Source of the DNA: an uncultured Bacilli bacterium
GTDB lineage: Bacteria > Bacillota_I > Bacilli_A > RF39 > UBA660
Direction: 5' to 3'
DNA: 64,000 bases
Assembly: GCA_910589375.1 (NCBI GenBank)
Contig: CAJUTK010000002.1
Span: forward strand, 3,133 to 67,132
Of the stretch, positions 35,079-45,556 are shown in pieces (position 1 is the first letter of the stretch; every line of letters starts with the position of its first letter). The translations under genes and the position numbers were made by a program. The notes under the pieces were generated by a model. The model was not told where the DNA came from. It saw only the letters and a list, made by a program, of their open reading frames with translations, and ran no database searches.

Positions 35079-36809
35079 ATGAATGGCGGAAGAGGAGCAA
35101 AGGGATCTATTAATGATCGTCTAATTAGTATGATGTATCATAATAGATATAAGCTAGAACAAAGAAAAAAAGAAGGATATACAAAGGAAGAAAAAGCGAA
35201 ACAAAAAGAATATATTAAAACGATGCGTACTTTTGATATGGAGAAAGATACTGTCAGTTTGGAAGAAAAAGATAATAAAGTAGTTCAAGAAGCTTTTAAA
35301 CCATTACCAATAGAACAGATAGGTATACCTAGTTTAGAAAATACCCCAGTATTAAAACAGGAAGAGTCTAATTTTATAGTATTAGATAATCCTAGTGAAG
35401 AGGTAACTTTTAAAAGTATTGGAAGTAACCCTGCTACAATAGAAGATTTATCTAATAAACAGGTTCCTTTTAAATCATCCTATGAAGAAAGAGTATCAGA
35501 AATTAAGAGTGCAGGAACTGCTATAGAAAGTAGTTCAACTCCATCTGTTGCTAGTATTCATGATTTAAGTGGAAAAATGATAGATGTGGATATTGATACT
35601 GAGGTTTTTGATTTTGAACATTATGATTATTATGAAGTTCTTCAAACTCCTAAAGGAAAAGCTTCTAATTCTAGTTCAGAACAGTTTTTTGTACAAGATG
35701 AGTTAGCTATGCAAGATAGTGATGAAAGTTTAGATTTTGATAGAGAAATAGAAAAAGTAGAAGATGAAGAAACAATATTAGAAGAACTTACTACTTTTAT
35801 AGAGGATAGTCAGGAGACTTTACTAGATATTAAAGAGGACTTATTAGAAGTTAGAGAATTAGTTTCTCAAAGTAAGACACAAGAGCAAGTAGCAGAATTA
35901 GAAGAGCGATATGCTGCTATTCGTGCAAAAGTAGATAAATTGAAGGCTCAGTACGATGTAGTAAAAGAAAAATATAATTTTGATGATTTTCGAATCTTAG
36001 AAAGCATTGAAATGATGACTGCCATCGAAGATTATAAAGATAAAGCTTCTTTAGATGAACTAGAAACAATGGTAGATGTTTGCAAGGATGAGATAGATCA
36101 AATAGATGGAATATTAATAGAAGAAAAAAGAAGTGTTGCTGTAGCAGAAGAAGTAGAAGAACAAAGAAAAGCAGTGGTGAAACGTGATCAAGATTTCGAG
36201 AAAAATAGAGAAGGTGTTATTTATTTAGATGATTTAGAAAAGAAAATAGCACGTGAAGCAAGAGAACAGGCCTTGATTATTGCCGATTTAGAAAAGCAAT
36301 TAGGTAAATTTACAACAGATATAGAAGTGGTAAGAGAAACTGTTTATCACACAGAAAGATTATTTGGTTCCTTTTTTAGAATAGCAGCTGGAATTCTTAC
36401 GATGCCTTTTAATGGTAGACATATTTTTGGTACTATGTTAGGAACACATTTGATTAATAGGGGAATTCATCAACTTAGGGATTATATGAATCCTGAAGTA
36501 ATAGAAAGAACTGAAATTAAACATCGTTATAAAGATATTGAAAGAGAAATATTGAATAGTAAAGACTATGTAAAAACTACTGCCCACTTAATAGAAGATT
36601 CTATTTATCAGCTAGATAAGTTTGATGCTGAATTTAAACTTCGTTTTAGTGCCTATTCTAATCTTATACCTGCTTATGCGGAGGTAGAAAGAAAGATAGA
36701 AAGCTTAAAGAAGAGCTTAAAAATGAAAAAAGAAGAAGTAAATGTAATGTCAAAAGATTTAGATAGACAATATGAAGCAAATAAAGTAAAAGTAAAGAAA
36801 GCTTCTTAG
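35079..36809 (+). CDS. Large acidic coiled-coil protein with one hydrophobic segment near the C-terminus; function unknown
   Basis: 576 aa, Glu/Asp/Lys-rich, heptad-like stretches. Confidence 0.4.
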   Translation: MNGGRGAKGSINDRLISMMYHNRYKLEQRKKEGYTKEEKAKQKEYIKTMRTFDMEKDTVSLEEKDNKVVQEAFKPLPIEQIGIPSLENTPVLKQEESNFIVLDNPSEEVTFKSIGSNPATIEDLSNKQVPFKSSYEERVSEIKSAGTAIESSSTPSVASIHDLSGKMIDVDIDTEVFDFEHYDYYEVLQTPKGKASNSSSEQFFVQDELAMQDSDESLDFDREIEKVEDEETILEELTTFIEDSQETLLDIKEDLLEVRELVSQSKTQEQVAELEERYAAIRAKVDKLKAQYDVVKEKYNFDDFRILESIEMMTAIEDYKDKASLDELETMVDVCKDEIDQIDGILIEEKRSVAVAEEVEEQRKAVVKRDQDFEKNREGVIYLDDLEKKIAREAREQALIIADLEKQLGKFTTDIEVVRETVYHTERLFGSFFRIAAGILTMPFNGRHIFGTMLGTHLINRGIHQLRDYMNPEVIERTEIKHRYKDIEREILNSKDYVKTTAHLIEDSIYQLDKFDAEFKLRFSAYSNLIPAYAEVERKIESLKKSLKMKKEEVNVMSKDLDRQYEANKVKVKKAS

Positions 36810-36817
36810 GAGGATTT

Positions 36818-37288
36818 ATGAAAAAGATGGAGACAACTCTTTGTTTACTTAGAAGAAATGAAGAAATATTATTAGCTATGAAAAAAAGAGGATTTGGGGA
36901 AGGAAAATATAATGGTGTAGGTGGCAAGATAGAAGGAACTGAAACTCCAGAAGCTACCATGCTTAGAGAAACAAAGGAGGAAATAGGAGTAACTCCTATT
37001 CAATATGAAAAAGTAGGTGTTGTTTCTTTTGATGAATTTTATAAAGATGAAAAAGTAAATTTGATTTTTCATCTTTATATGGTAACAGAGTGGGAAGGAA
37101 CCCCAGCAGAGAGTGAAGAAATGCAACCAAAATGGTTTTCTATAGACAGTATCCCTTATAACCAAATGTTTCCTGATGATAAGTATTGGCTACCTCTTAT
37201 TTTAGAAGGAAAGAAAATAGATGCTTACTTTGATTTTGATGAAGAATGGAATTTGTTATCTAAGGATATTAAAGAATTAAGTGATTAG
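36818..37288 (+). CDS. NUDIX hydrolase (MutT/8-oxo-dGTPase-like)
   Basis: Nudix box GGKIEGTETPEATMLRETKEEIGV. Confidence 0.7.
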   Translation: MKKMETTLCLLRRNEEILLAMKKRGFGEGKYNGVGGKIEGTETPEATMLRETKEEIGVTPIQYEKVGVVSFDEFYKDEKVNLIFHLYMVTEWEGTPAESEEMQPKWFSIDSIPYNQMFPDDKYWLPLILEGKKIDAYFDFDEEWNLLSKDIKELSD

Positions 37289-37297
37289 AGGGATTAT

Positions 37298-37900
37298 ATG
37301 AAACAAATACTATTTGCAACTATCAATGAAAGTAAAGTAAAAAGATTTCAGAAAGCATTGTTAGAAAATAATATAGAGATGTTAACTTTAAAAGATATTG
37401 ACACTGCTATTGAAATAGAAGAAAATGGCAGTACGGCTATAGAAAATGCATTAATTAAGGCACGTGCTTATGCAAGTATTACTAACATTGCTACTTTAGC
37501 GATGGATGATAATTTATATTTAGAAAATGTTCCTTCTACATATCAACCAGGGGTGTATGTTAGGCGAGTAAATGGTAAACGTTTAACCGATGAAGAAATG
37601 ATAAAATATTATACTAATTTAGTTCAGGAGTATGGAGTAGATGGAAAACTAGTAGCGCGTTGGGTACATGGTTTAGCTTTGGTAATAGGAGAAGAGGAGT
37701 TCACTTATAGTTGGAGTAATAGTGATTTTGATTTAATAACTACTCCAAGTGAGATTATTCATCCAGGTTATCCATTAGATTCTATTTCTATTAATAGAAA
37801 ATTAAATAAGTATTTTACTGAATTGACAAAAGAGGATAAACTTTCTATTCAAGAGGACGAAACTCATGCAGTGGAGTGGATAGTAAGTCATATGAAATAA
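37298..37900 (+). CDS. Ham1/RdgB-like non-canonical purine NTP pyrophosphatase fold protein (tentative)
   Basis: ILFATINESKVKRF...NALIKARAYA...LAMDDNLYLENVP...PGVY parallels the ITPase motifs. Confidence 0.4.
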   Translation: MKQILFATINESKVKRFQKALLENNIEMLTLKDIDTAIEIEENGSTAIENALIKARAYASITNIATLAMDDNLYLENVPSTYQPGVYVRRVNGKRLTDEEMIKYYTNLVQEYGVDGKLVARWVHGLALVIGEEEFTYSWSNSDFDLITTPSEIIHPGYPLDSISINRKLNKYFTELTKEDKLSIQEDETHAVEWIVSHMK

Positions 37901-38403
37901 TGAAAATAATTCATCCTTTAAATCCCATTTATGATTCCAATTCTACGGTATTAATATTAGGAACTATGCCTTCTATTCAATCAAGAGAGAAAAATTTTTA
38001 TTATGCCCATCCTAAAAATAGATTTTGGGAGACTTTAAGTAATGTGTATAATGAACCAATTGGAAATAGTAAAGAAGAGAAAATTGAATTTTTATTGAAA
38101 CATCAGATTGCTTTATTTGATGTTTTAAAAAGTTGTGATATTACTTCTTCGAAGGATAATAGTATTAAAAATCCAGTTCCTAATGATTTTACTTTTATGT
38201 TATCCCATTCTAAGATTAAATATATATTTACAACAGGAAAAAAAGCTTATTCTCTCTATCAAAAATATTGTTATCCAAAAACAAAAATAGAAGCAATTTG
38301 TTTGCCAAGTCCTTCACCTGCTAATTGTCCTAAAGGAATAGAAGATAAATTGCTTCAAGAATATAAAAGAATAAGAGAAGTAATAGAGGAGATGGGTGAA
38401 TGA
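37900..38403 (+). CDS. Mug/TDG-type (UDG family 2-like) DNA glycosylase
   Basis: ILGTMPS...YYAHPKNRFW and ICLPSPSPAN match the E. coli Mug motifs GINPG...FAHPANRFW / LPNPSG. Confidence 0.6.
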   Translation: MKIIHPLNPIYDSNSTVLILGTMPSIQSREKNFYYAHPKNRFWETLSNVYNEPIGNSKEEKIEFLLKHQIALFDVLKSCDITSSKDNSIKNPVPNDFTFMLSHSKIKYIFTTGKKAYSLYQKYCYPKTKIEAICLPSPSPANCPKGIEDKLLQEYKRIREVIEEMGE

Positions 38404-38927
38404 AAATATATTTAGTACGACACGGAGAAGTTATTAGTAATGCGTTAAAACATTATAACGAAGATAGTGATGATTTAACAGAATTAGGTATAAAGCAAGC
38501 TGAGGAATTAAGAGAAAAAATAAAAACTATAGAAATAGATGCTATTTTTTGTTCAACCTTATTACGAGCAAAGCATACAGCTTCTATTATTAATGAAAAT
38601 CATAAACCTATTATTTATGATGACAGGATAAAAGAAAGAAATGTGGGGGATTTAGCAGGTAGACCGCTTACTGTTACGAACAGAGATGAATATTGGAACT
38701 ATAATACAAGCCTTCAATACGGAACAAGCGAAAATATAAAACTGTTTTTTAAACGAGTTTATCAATTTCTTGAAGAATTAAAAAATCAGCCATATGAGTG
38801 CATATTAATAGTTGCTCATAGTGGTGTATCAAAAGCTTTTAGTGCCTATTTTGAAGGAATTCAAGATGGAATGTTTTTAAATAGAGGATTAAAAAATTGT
38901 GAAATGAAAGAATATGATTTAAAATAA
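38400..38927 (+). CDS. Histidine phosphatase family protein (phosphoglycerate-mutase-like)
   Basis: YLVRHGE RHG motif; catalytic His later in AHSG. Confidence 0.65.
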   Translation: MKIYLVRHGEVISNALKHYNEDSDDLTELGIKQAEELREKIKTIEIDAIFCSTLLRAKHTASIINENHKPIIYDDRIKERNVGDLAGRPLTVTNRDEYWNYNTSLQYGTSENIKLFFKRVYQFLEELKNQPYECILIVAHSGVSKAFSAYFEGIQDGMFLNRGLKNCEMKEYDLK

Positions 38928-38948
38928 ATAATTTCATGTGGAGATAAA

Positions 38949-40511
38949 ATGATAGAACAAAAAAATGTAGAAAAATATGCTTTTTATCAAATTGATAAAA
39001 AAGATTATTATCAGTATTTACCAACTTCTAAATTGGAAGATGTTGTGTATGTTAGCGGTATGAAAAGTGTCTGTGAAAAGCACTTTATTGAGGATGATGG
39101 GCATTTTATTGAAATACCAACCAAAGAAACTGTTTTTGGTGTGGGAGAAGTTGTTAGTTCTTTAGATATTGTAAGAAGATATTATGAGGGAGTTTCTTTT
39201 TTTCAACACTATGATTCAGAAACAATTGAATATTTAAAAGAAAATCCAAATAGAGAATGGAATTTAGATGGCGAAGGAGAAGCTACATTAGGTTGCTATT
39301 CTTCCTATATAAAAGTAAATCATGGCGAAGTTCCAGTACAAAAAAGCCTACAGGATATCATTTTAGGAAGTTCCTATTGGTATGTAGAACTCCATCAAGA
39401 AGATGGCACAGTTTGTTATGAAAAAACGGTCTATAATGACAAAAAATATCGTGGACAAAATTGTCAATTTTACGAACTAGTTGAGATAGTAGAGTATGAA
39501 TTAAATGGAATTCAAAAGAAAGCTATTATTAGAAGAGAGAACAAAAAATATCCATATAAGCCTGTAGAAATGGATTCCTTAGATGAGATTATTGATAGTT
39601 CTAAGGGACTTATTTCCCATCAGCTATCATTTAATGGTTTTAATACTTCTCCATTATATAGTTTTAATACAGAAGATAGTGCTTCAGTATTTTGTGCTAA
39701 GAAGCCTTTAATAGCTAATCAAAATGTTGTTACAGTAACAGGAAGTGGAGATGCCATATTAGATTTATTTTTGAATGGAGTTTCTAAAATAATAGCATTT
39801 GATACGAATGCTTTTACTGTTTTTTATGCAGAATTGAAGTTTATAGCTGCTAAACAATTATCTTTTCAACAATTTTGTTTATTCTTTTCTTCTTTTAATG
39901 AGACTATTTATAGAAAGTTAGAACCTCATTTATCAGTTTCAACAAAAAAGTTTTGGAATGAATTATATAGTTATTGTAAAATTGTAGACATGCCCTTAAA
40001 AGATGCAGAAAAAGGCGGACTTTTTTATCCAACTGCTTCTATATTCGCTGGTAACGATACAATGTATAATCCAAATGGATACTATACAGAGGAAAATTAT
40101 GCACGCCTACAGAGGCAATTACAAACAAAGTCTTTAGAAGATATTCAATTTGTAAATTGTGACTTATTAGAATTACCAAAAGCCGCTAATTTATCCAACT
40201 GCTCTTATGCTTATTTATCTAATATTATGGATTTTATGGTTGGTGTAGATGATATGAAAGTAGATAATGAGAAATTAGTAGCATTTAAAGAATTTATTTT
40301 AAAAAGGCTCTATCCATCATTAAAGGAATCTTCTGTTATTGATCTTTCCTATATTAAAGCTAGTTGGCATAATGGTATTGAAGCAGGATATTATGAAGTT
40401 TATAAGGAAAGTGATGGTTTTCAAATAGAAGAACTATCTAATGGAAGGGATAGTATACTATCGTTTAATAGTTCTGTTTTAGAAAAAGAAGTAGGAAGTC
40501 AAAAAAGTTAG
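38949..40511 (+). CDS. Protein with N-terminal unknown domain and C-terminal BtaA/DUF3419-like SAM-dependent transferase domain
   Basis: VVTVTGSGDAILDLFLNG...IIAFDTNAFTVFYAELKFIAA resembles the DUF3419 N-terminal motif. Confidence 0.35.
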   Translation: MIEQKNVEKYAFYQIDKKDYYQYLPTSKLEDVVYVSGMKSVCEKHFIEDDGHFIEIPTKETVFGVGEVVSSLDIVRRYYEGVSFFQHYDSETIEYLKENPNREWNLDGEGEATLGCYSSYIKVNHGEVPVQKSLQDIILGSSYWYVELHQEDGTVCYEKTVYNDKKYRGQNCQFYELVEIVEYELNGIQKKAIIRRENKKYPYKPVEMDSLDEIIDSSKGLISHQLSFNGFNTSPLYSFNTEDSASVFCAKKPLIANQNVVTVTGSGDAILDLFLNGVSKIIAFDTNAFTVFYAELKFIAAKQLSFQQFCLFFSSFNETIYRKLEPHLSVSTKKFWNELYSYCKIVDMPLKDAEKGGLFYPTASIFAGNDTMYNPNGYYTEENYARLQRQLQTKSLEDIQFVNCDLLELPKAANLSNCSYAYLSNIMDFMVGVDDMKVDNEKLVAFKEFILKRLYPSLKESSVIDLSYIKASWHNGIEAGYYEVYKESDGFQIEELSNGRDSILSFNSSVLEKEVGSQKS

Positions 40512-40519
40512 GAGATAGT

Positions 40520-41062
40520 ATGAAAGAAAAATTATCATTTCAAATGGTATCTAATTGTAAGAAGCTAGTAGCAGAAACTACTTATCAAAGAATTGATGAA
40601 TGCTTTACAGAAGAAGAGAAAGAGAATATTTTAGTTGCGGAAATTAATCCAGATTATATGGATGGAGTAGCGCTTTTTGAACATTATCAAATAGATAAGC
40701 AAATGGGAGTTAACTGTTTAATTTGTGAGTGTAAAAGATCTGAAAATAAGACCTATGTTGCTTTACTCGTTCCTACTGGTTATCGATATAATATGTCAAC
40801 AACAGTAAGAAGATATATAAACGCTAGAATAGTATCTGTTGCTCCTTTAGATTATGTATTGCAGCAAACAAAGATGGAGTATGGTAGTATTAATCCTATT
40901 GGGCTTCCTAAAGATTGGAAAATTTTAATAGATTCTAAAGTATTAGATTCTGATAGAATTATTTGTGGAAGTGGTTTACAATATTCTAAATTGTCTTTAC
41001 CAAGTAATTATATTTTTAAATTGGATAATGTAGAAGTTTTAGAAAATTTAGCAAAAGATTGA
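40520..41062 (+). CDS. YbaK/ProX-like aminoacyl-tRNA deacylase domain protein
   Basis: INPIGLP motif and overall ~160-aa pattern. Confidence 0.4.
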   Translation: MKEKLSFQMVSNCKKLVAETTYQRIDECFTEEEKENILVAEINPDYMDGVALFEHYQIDKQMGVNCLICECKRSENKTYVALLVPTGYRYNMSTTVRRYINARIVSVAPLDYVLQQTKMEYGSINPIGLPKDWKILIDSKVLDSDRIICGSGLQYSKLSLPSNYIFKLDNVEVLENLAKD

Positions 41063-41137
41063 TTAATATCAGTCTTTTTTAATTTGACAATTGCTCTTTA
41101 AAATGCTAGATTAGTTAGCGTTTGGTGGGGTGTGAAA

Positions 41138-42247
41138 ATGGCTACGTATAAGGAAGCAATAAAATTACTACAAATTGAAACGGGATTTTTAGAAGAACAA
41201 TTAGAGTCTAATTTTTCACGGTTAGAACAAGAATACAATCCTGATCAATATGAATTTTTATCCCCAGAATATGAGGAAGCAAGTACAATAAACCATGAGT
41301 TATTCATGGCCTATTGTACTCTACATAGCTATTATAAAACTTACATAGTAAGTAGTACCTCTAAACCTACTATTGATAATGAAATTTTAGAGGAAGAACT
41401 TTTAAGAACAATTAATGACGCTGTTGCTAATGGTAAAGAAATAGATGAAAATTTTATTGCGCAAGTGGTAGAAATATTAGTATGTAATTTAGGATTAAAT
41501 GATTATGTTAGAAGTATTTCTTTTGAAAAATACGGAGATAAATCTTTAGCATCCTATACTAGAAATTGTCAAATAAAAGTATTTCTTGGGTCTATTAAGA
41601 GAAGTATTGAAGAAAGTTCCGGTTTAATATTGACACCTTTAGAAAAAAAGTACAATCCTTATTGTCAAGTTACCGAGTTTTTAAGACATGAGGTAGAACA
41701 TGCTAATCAAGTAAGAATTTTAGTGGTACATGGTAGTGATACTGAAACTAGGATTCTTACTGCTGAGAATGAAAGAAACGAAATGAGAGATAGGGAGCTA
41801 AATCGAATAGTAAAATACCCGTTCTTACTATATCATTTAGCACTTATGAAAAGAAAAATAGGTTTATCACTAGATAAGAAAAAATATGATAAATATTGGG
41901 GTTATATTTCTAGTGAGAGAATGGCTAATATTCGTTCTTATAATTTAATATTAAATTTATTGTCAAGACTTTCTCAATTGGAATCATATTCTTTTTCTAA
42001 TTTAGAGAGAGTTTATATGGAAAACTTGGGAAAAATAGTTACATTTGGTTATGATAAGACATTTGCTCCTATACTCTTTTATTTAGAAAAATTTAAACAA
42101 TATGGCGATTGTTTAGATATCTTAAAAATGTCAGAGAATTTAGAGCTTGCGGATAGATTAGCACTAGGACTGAAAGCAACGCCTTTAGAACTAGAATCTT
42201 TTGAAAAAAATAAAGAGAAGGTAATGGTTAAGATAAGGACTATGTAA
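41138..42247 (+). CDS. Hypothetical protein with HEXXH motif (possible zinc metallopeptidase)
   Basis: FLRHEVEHANQ. Start at ATG 41138 after the RBS ggtgggg. Confidence 0.3.
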   Translation: MATYKEAIKLLQIETGFLEEQLESNFSRLEQEYNPDQYEFLSPEYEEASTINHELFMAYCTLHSYYKTYIVSSTSKPTIDNEILEEELLRTINDAVANGKEIDENFIAQVVEILVCNLGLNDYVRSISFEKYGDKSLASYTRNCQIKVFLGSIKRSIEESSGLILTPLEKKYNPYCQVTEFLRHEVEHANQVRILVVHGSDTETRILTAENERNEMRDRELNRIVKYPFLLYHLALMKRKIGLSLDKKKYDKYWGYISSERMANIRSYNLILNLLSRLSQLESYSFSNLERVYMENLGKIVTFGYDKTFAPILFYLEKFKQYGDCLDILKMSENLELADRLALGLKATPLELESFEKNKEKVMVKIRTM

Positions 42248-42262
42248 GAGGGAGATTTTTAT

Positions 42263-43111
42263 ATGTCACAAATTTTTATTTTAAATGAAAAAGCTAATAA
42301 TGAGAAAAATTTATTTTTACAAGATAAGTTAGCGTTTTCAATAAAGGATATTGCGGGAGTCATTGAAAAAACCACTTCATTGGAGGAGTTAAAAGATGTA
42401 TTAGCATTTTATAAAAATCGCGCAGATGTTATTTATGCAGTTGGTGGCGATGGCACTGTTAATACAATTTTAAATGGAATGTTTGGTGGAAGCGCATCTC
42501 TTGGAATTATTCCAGTAGGAACTGGAAATGATTTCTATAAAAAACTAAATGAATATAATAGTGAAGTTTTAGATGTAAATGTTATGAAGGTAAATGAACA
42601 ATTGGGAATAAATAGCTTTAGTATTGGGCTAGATGCTGAAATAGGAATTAATGCTAATTTGATGAAGAGGCTGAGAATTCCTTCTCATTTAGTTTATATT
42701 ACAAGTATGTTTTATACTTTTGCACGTTATCAAAATAAAGAAGTAACTTTAAATGATGGCCTTAAGAGTATTACTTTATTAGCACTTTGTAATGGGACTT
42801 ACTATGGTGGTGGATTTGCCATTAGCCCAGAAGCAGATATAACAGAACCTTCATTATGTGTATATTCTTTAAATGGAGTTAGTAAAATAGAACAAGTGAA
42901 ATTTTTATTACAATTATTAGGTGGTAGGCATCAAGAAAACCCTAATTTAGACTTTTTTAAAACAGAAAATGGTATCCATATTTCTTCCATTTATCCTTTG
43001 ATTGGGCAATTAGATGGAGAATTAATGGAGGATACTTGCTTTGACGTAACTCCTAGTGTTGGAAGGATAAAAGTAGTAAATAATAAAACTTTAATAAAAA
43101 AGTTACGTTAG
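42263..43111 (+). CDS. Diacylglycerol kinase catalytic-domain lipid kinase (YegS/DagK family)
   Basis: AVGGDGTVNTILNGM and GIIPVGTGNDF. Confidence 0.8.
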   Translation: MSQIFILNEKANNEKNLFLQDKLAFSIKDIAGVIEKTTSLEELKDVLAFYKNRADVIYAVGGDGTVNTILNGMFGGSASLGIIPVGTGNDFYKKLNEYNSEVLDVNVMKVNEQLGINSFSIGLDAEIGINANLMKRLRIPSHLVYITSMFYTFARYQNKEVTLNDGLKSITLLALCNGTYYGGGFAISPEADITEPSLCVYSLNGVSKIEQVKFLLQLLGGRHQENPNLDFFKTENGIHISSIYPLIGQLDGELMEDTCFDVTPSVGRIKVVNNKTLIKKLR

Positions 43112-43142
43112 AAAATTTAAGATTTTATCTTAAATTTTTTTA
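43112..43142 (+). terminator. Rho-independent terminator
   Basis: aaatttaagat-ttt-atcttaaattt plus a T-run. Confidence 0.6.
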
Positions 43143-43193
43143 TTCAAAGAACTAGAAATTAATGTTATAATGGAACTGTAAAGGAGTGATTAT

Positions 43194-43619
43194 ATGATTA
43201 ACACTAAAATGACTAGAGAGGCAATGAAGATTGCTTACAATGCCCACTATAATCAATTTGATAGAGCAGGTGTTCCTTATATTTATCACCCAATTCATTT
43301 AGCTGAGAATATGGATTCTGAGATAGCCTGTGTAGTAGCGCTCTTACATGATGTTGTAGAGGACACTGATATTACAATGGAAGAATTAGAAAAAACTTTT
43401 CCAAGAGAAGTAATCGAAATTTTAAAATTATTGACACATGATAAAAAAGTAGATTATATGGAATATATAAAAAGAATAAAGGAAAATGAAATTGCTAGAA
43501 AAGTAAAAATAGAAGATATTTTACACAATGCAGATGAAACAAGATTAGATTCTATTACAGAAGAAGATATTATTAGACGAGAAAAATATAAAAAAGCATT
43601 AGAATTTTTAAGGATGTAA
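43194..43619 (+). CDS. HD-domain protein resembling small alarmone hydrolase (SpoT/Mesh1-type HD)
   Basis: YIYHPIHLAE...LLHDVVEDT. Confidence 0.5.
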   Translation: MINTKMTREAMKIAYNAHYNQFDRAGVPYIYHPIHLAENMDSEIACVVALLHDVVEDTDITMEELEKTFPREVIEILKLLTHDKKVDYMEYIKRIKENEIARKVKIEDILHNADETRLDSITEEDIIRREKYKKALEFLRM

Positions 43620-43622
43620 ATT

Positions 43623-44069
43623 ATGGATTATCAATTTTGTAAAGCAACGAATATAGATATTCAAAAGCTAATAGAGTATAAGCTTATAAATATTTTAGAA
43701 TATGCAAAAAATCTTCCTTCACAAGAAAATAAAAAAATTCAAGATTATGTTCAAAAAATGGTTCCTATTCAACTTAAAAATTATAAAATGATTTTAGTAG
43801 ACAATAAAAAAGTAGGATGTCTTTTAGTAGAAAAGTATGAAGATGGAGTTTTACTAGATGAAATTTATTTAGAGGAAATTTATAGAAATCGAGGAATAGG
43901 GAAAGACATTATTCAAAATATTTTACGTACTAATGAAAATGCTTATCTTTGGGTATATAAATTAAATAGAGGTGCTATTTCCTTATATCAGAGATTAGGA
44001 TTTCAAGTTTTGAAAGAAACAGAAAATAGATATTATATGAAATATGAAAAAAGAATGTGTGAGGTTTAA
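43623..44069 (+). CDS. GNAT family N-acetyltransferase
   Basis: RNRGIGKDII...LYQRLGF. Confidence 0.55.
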   Translation: MDYQFCKATNIDIQKLIEYKLINILEYAKNLPSQENKKIQDYVQKMVPIQLKNYKMILVDNKKVGCLLVEKYEDGVLLDEIYLEEIYRNRGIGKDIIQNILRTNENAYLWVYKLNRGAISLYQRLGFQVLKETENRYYMKYEKRMCEV

Positions 44070-44071
44070 AT

Positions 44072-44815
44072 TTGAATATAAATTATTGTCAGTGTAAAAA
44101 GATAGTGAAGTGTTTAGATAATTATTTTCAGAATAATAGATCTTTAGCGCACGTTGAGTTTCCTTCTACTATTAAATATAAAACAGATAGTTACTATTTA
44201 TATATGTTTTATTCTTGCTTATTAGATTATGGTATGCGCTCTAAAATATACCATCAAAATTTAGTAAAAACTTATAAAAACTATCCAGAAATTTTTAATC
44301 CAGATTTTGTTTTATCGATGAATGAAGATGATTTAAGGAATATTATAGTAAGTTCTATTCATCCAAGATATCCTAATGTGGCACTAAAAAAATGGATAGA
44401 GCTTTCTAATGTATTAAAAAAATATGAAAGTATAAAAGATATTTTAAAAAGAATGAATAGTTTTCAGGAATTAAATTGTTTTATAAAAGGAATAAAAGGG
44501 TATGGACAAAAAACTGGCGGATTATTAATTAGGATTATTGTGGATTCTAGAATTTGTAATTTTGAAGAAGAAATAGATAGTATTCCAATTGATAGGCATG
44601 ATATAGAGATTAGTTATTTTGTAAATATAATAGATAGTAAAACCATAACTTCAAGTGATATCCAAAACTTATCAGATGCTTATGTAAATGTAGGAAAAGA
44701 ATTACATATTAATCCTAGTAATATTGATAAGTACTTATGGGAAATAGGAAATTCTTTTTGTAATAAGAAAGATTGTAAGAATTGTCCTATTTACTCTTTT
44801 TGTAGTAGAAAGTGA
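44072..44815 (+). CDS. HhH-GPD-like DNA glycosylase with Endo III-type [4Fe-4S] Cys loop (divergent)
   Basis: IKGYGQKTGGLLIRII (HhH-GPD-like) and C-terminal CNKKDCKNCPIYSFC, i.e. C-x5-C-x2-C-x5-C. Confidence 0.45.
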   Translation: MNINYCQCKKIVKCLDNYFQNNRSLAHVEFPSTIKYKTDSYYLYMFYSCLLDYGMRSKIYHQNLVKTYKNYPEIFNPDFVLSMNEDDLRNIIVSSIHPRYPNVALKKWIELSNVLKKYESIKDILKRMNSFQELNCFIKGIKGYGQKTGGLLIRIIVDSRICNFEEEIDSIPIDRHDIEISYFVNIIDSKTITSSDIQNLSDAYVNVGKELHINPSNIDKYLWEIGNSFCNKKDCKNCPIYSFCSRK

Positions 44816-44824
44816 TGTTAGAAC

Positions 44825-45556
44825 ATGTTTGATAAGTATTATAAGAAAATAGAAAAATTAAATAGTTTTGATAAAAAAGATATTTTGACGAATAAATTTT
44901 CATTATATCAAGATGAAAAATTGAATATTTATTATGCACCTCATAATGAGATAGTGAATAAGAATGCGAAAATATTTTTAGTAGGAATTACCCCAGGGTG
45001 GTCACAAACACATATTGCTTATCAGACAGCTAAAGAGGCAATTGAAAGTCATTTACCAGAAGAGCAAATAAAAAAAGAATGTAAAAGAAATTCTAGATTT
45101 GCTGGAAGTATGAGAAAAAATCTAATTGAAATGTTAGATGATTTAAACCTAAATCAATATTTGGGCATTACTTCTTGCATACAGCTTTTTAATGAGAGAG
45201 AAATTTTATTGCATACTACTTCTGTTATACCATATCCAGTTTTTATCAAAGGAAAAAATTATACAGGTAGTAATCCTAAAATATTAGAACATAAAGTATT
45301 ATCTTCTTTCGTAAGAAAATACTTTTATGAAGAGGTAAAACTATTGCCAAAAGCTTTTTATATTCCTCTTGGTAAGGCTGTAGAAGAAATACTTGAATGT
45401 ATGGTTCAAGAAAACATTTTAAAAAGTGAGCAATGTCTTTTTGGTTTTCCTCATCCATCAGGTGCTAATGGTCATAGAAAAAAACAATTAGAAGAAAATA
45501 AAGAAAATTTAAAGAAAAAAATAGAGGATTATTTTGGAGATATGCATGATTGTTAA
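44825..45556 (+). CDS. UDG-superfamily-like protein (GxxPG and HPS motifs)
   Basis: FLVGITPGWSQ and FGFPHPSGANG parallel UDG motifs A and B. Confidence 0.35.
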   Translation: MFDKYYKKIEKLNSFDKKDILTNKFSLYQDEKLNIYYAPHNEIVNKNAKIFLVGITPGWSQTHIAYQTAKEAIESHLPEEQIKKECKRNSRFAGSMRKNLIEMLDDLNLNQYLGITSCIQLFNEREILLHTTSVIPYPVFIKGKNYTGSNPKILEHKVLSSFVRKYFYEEVKLLPKAFYIPLGKAVEEILECMVQENILKSEQCLFGFPHPSGANGHRKKQLEENKENLKKKIEDYFGDMHDC

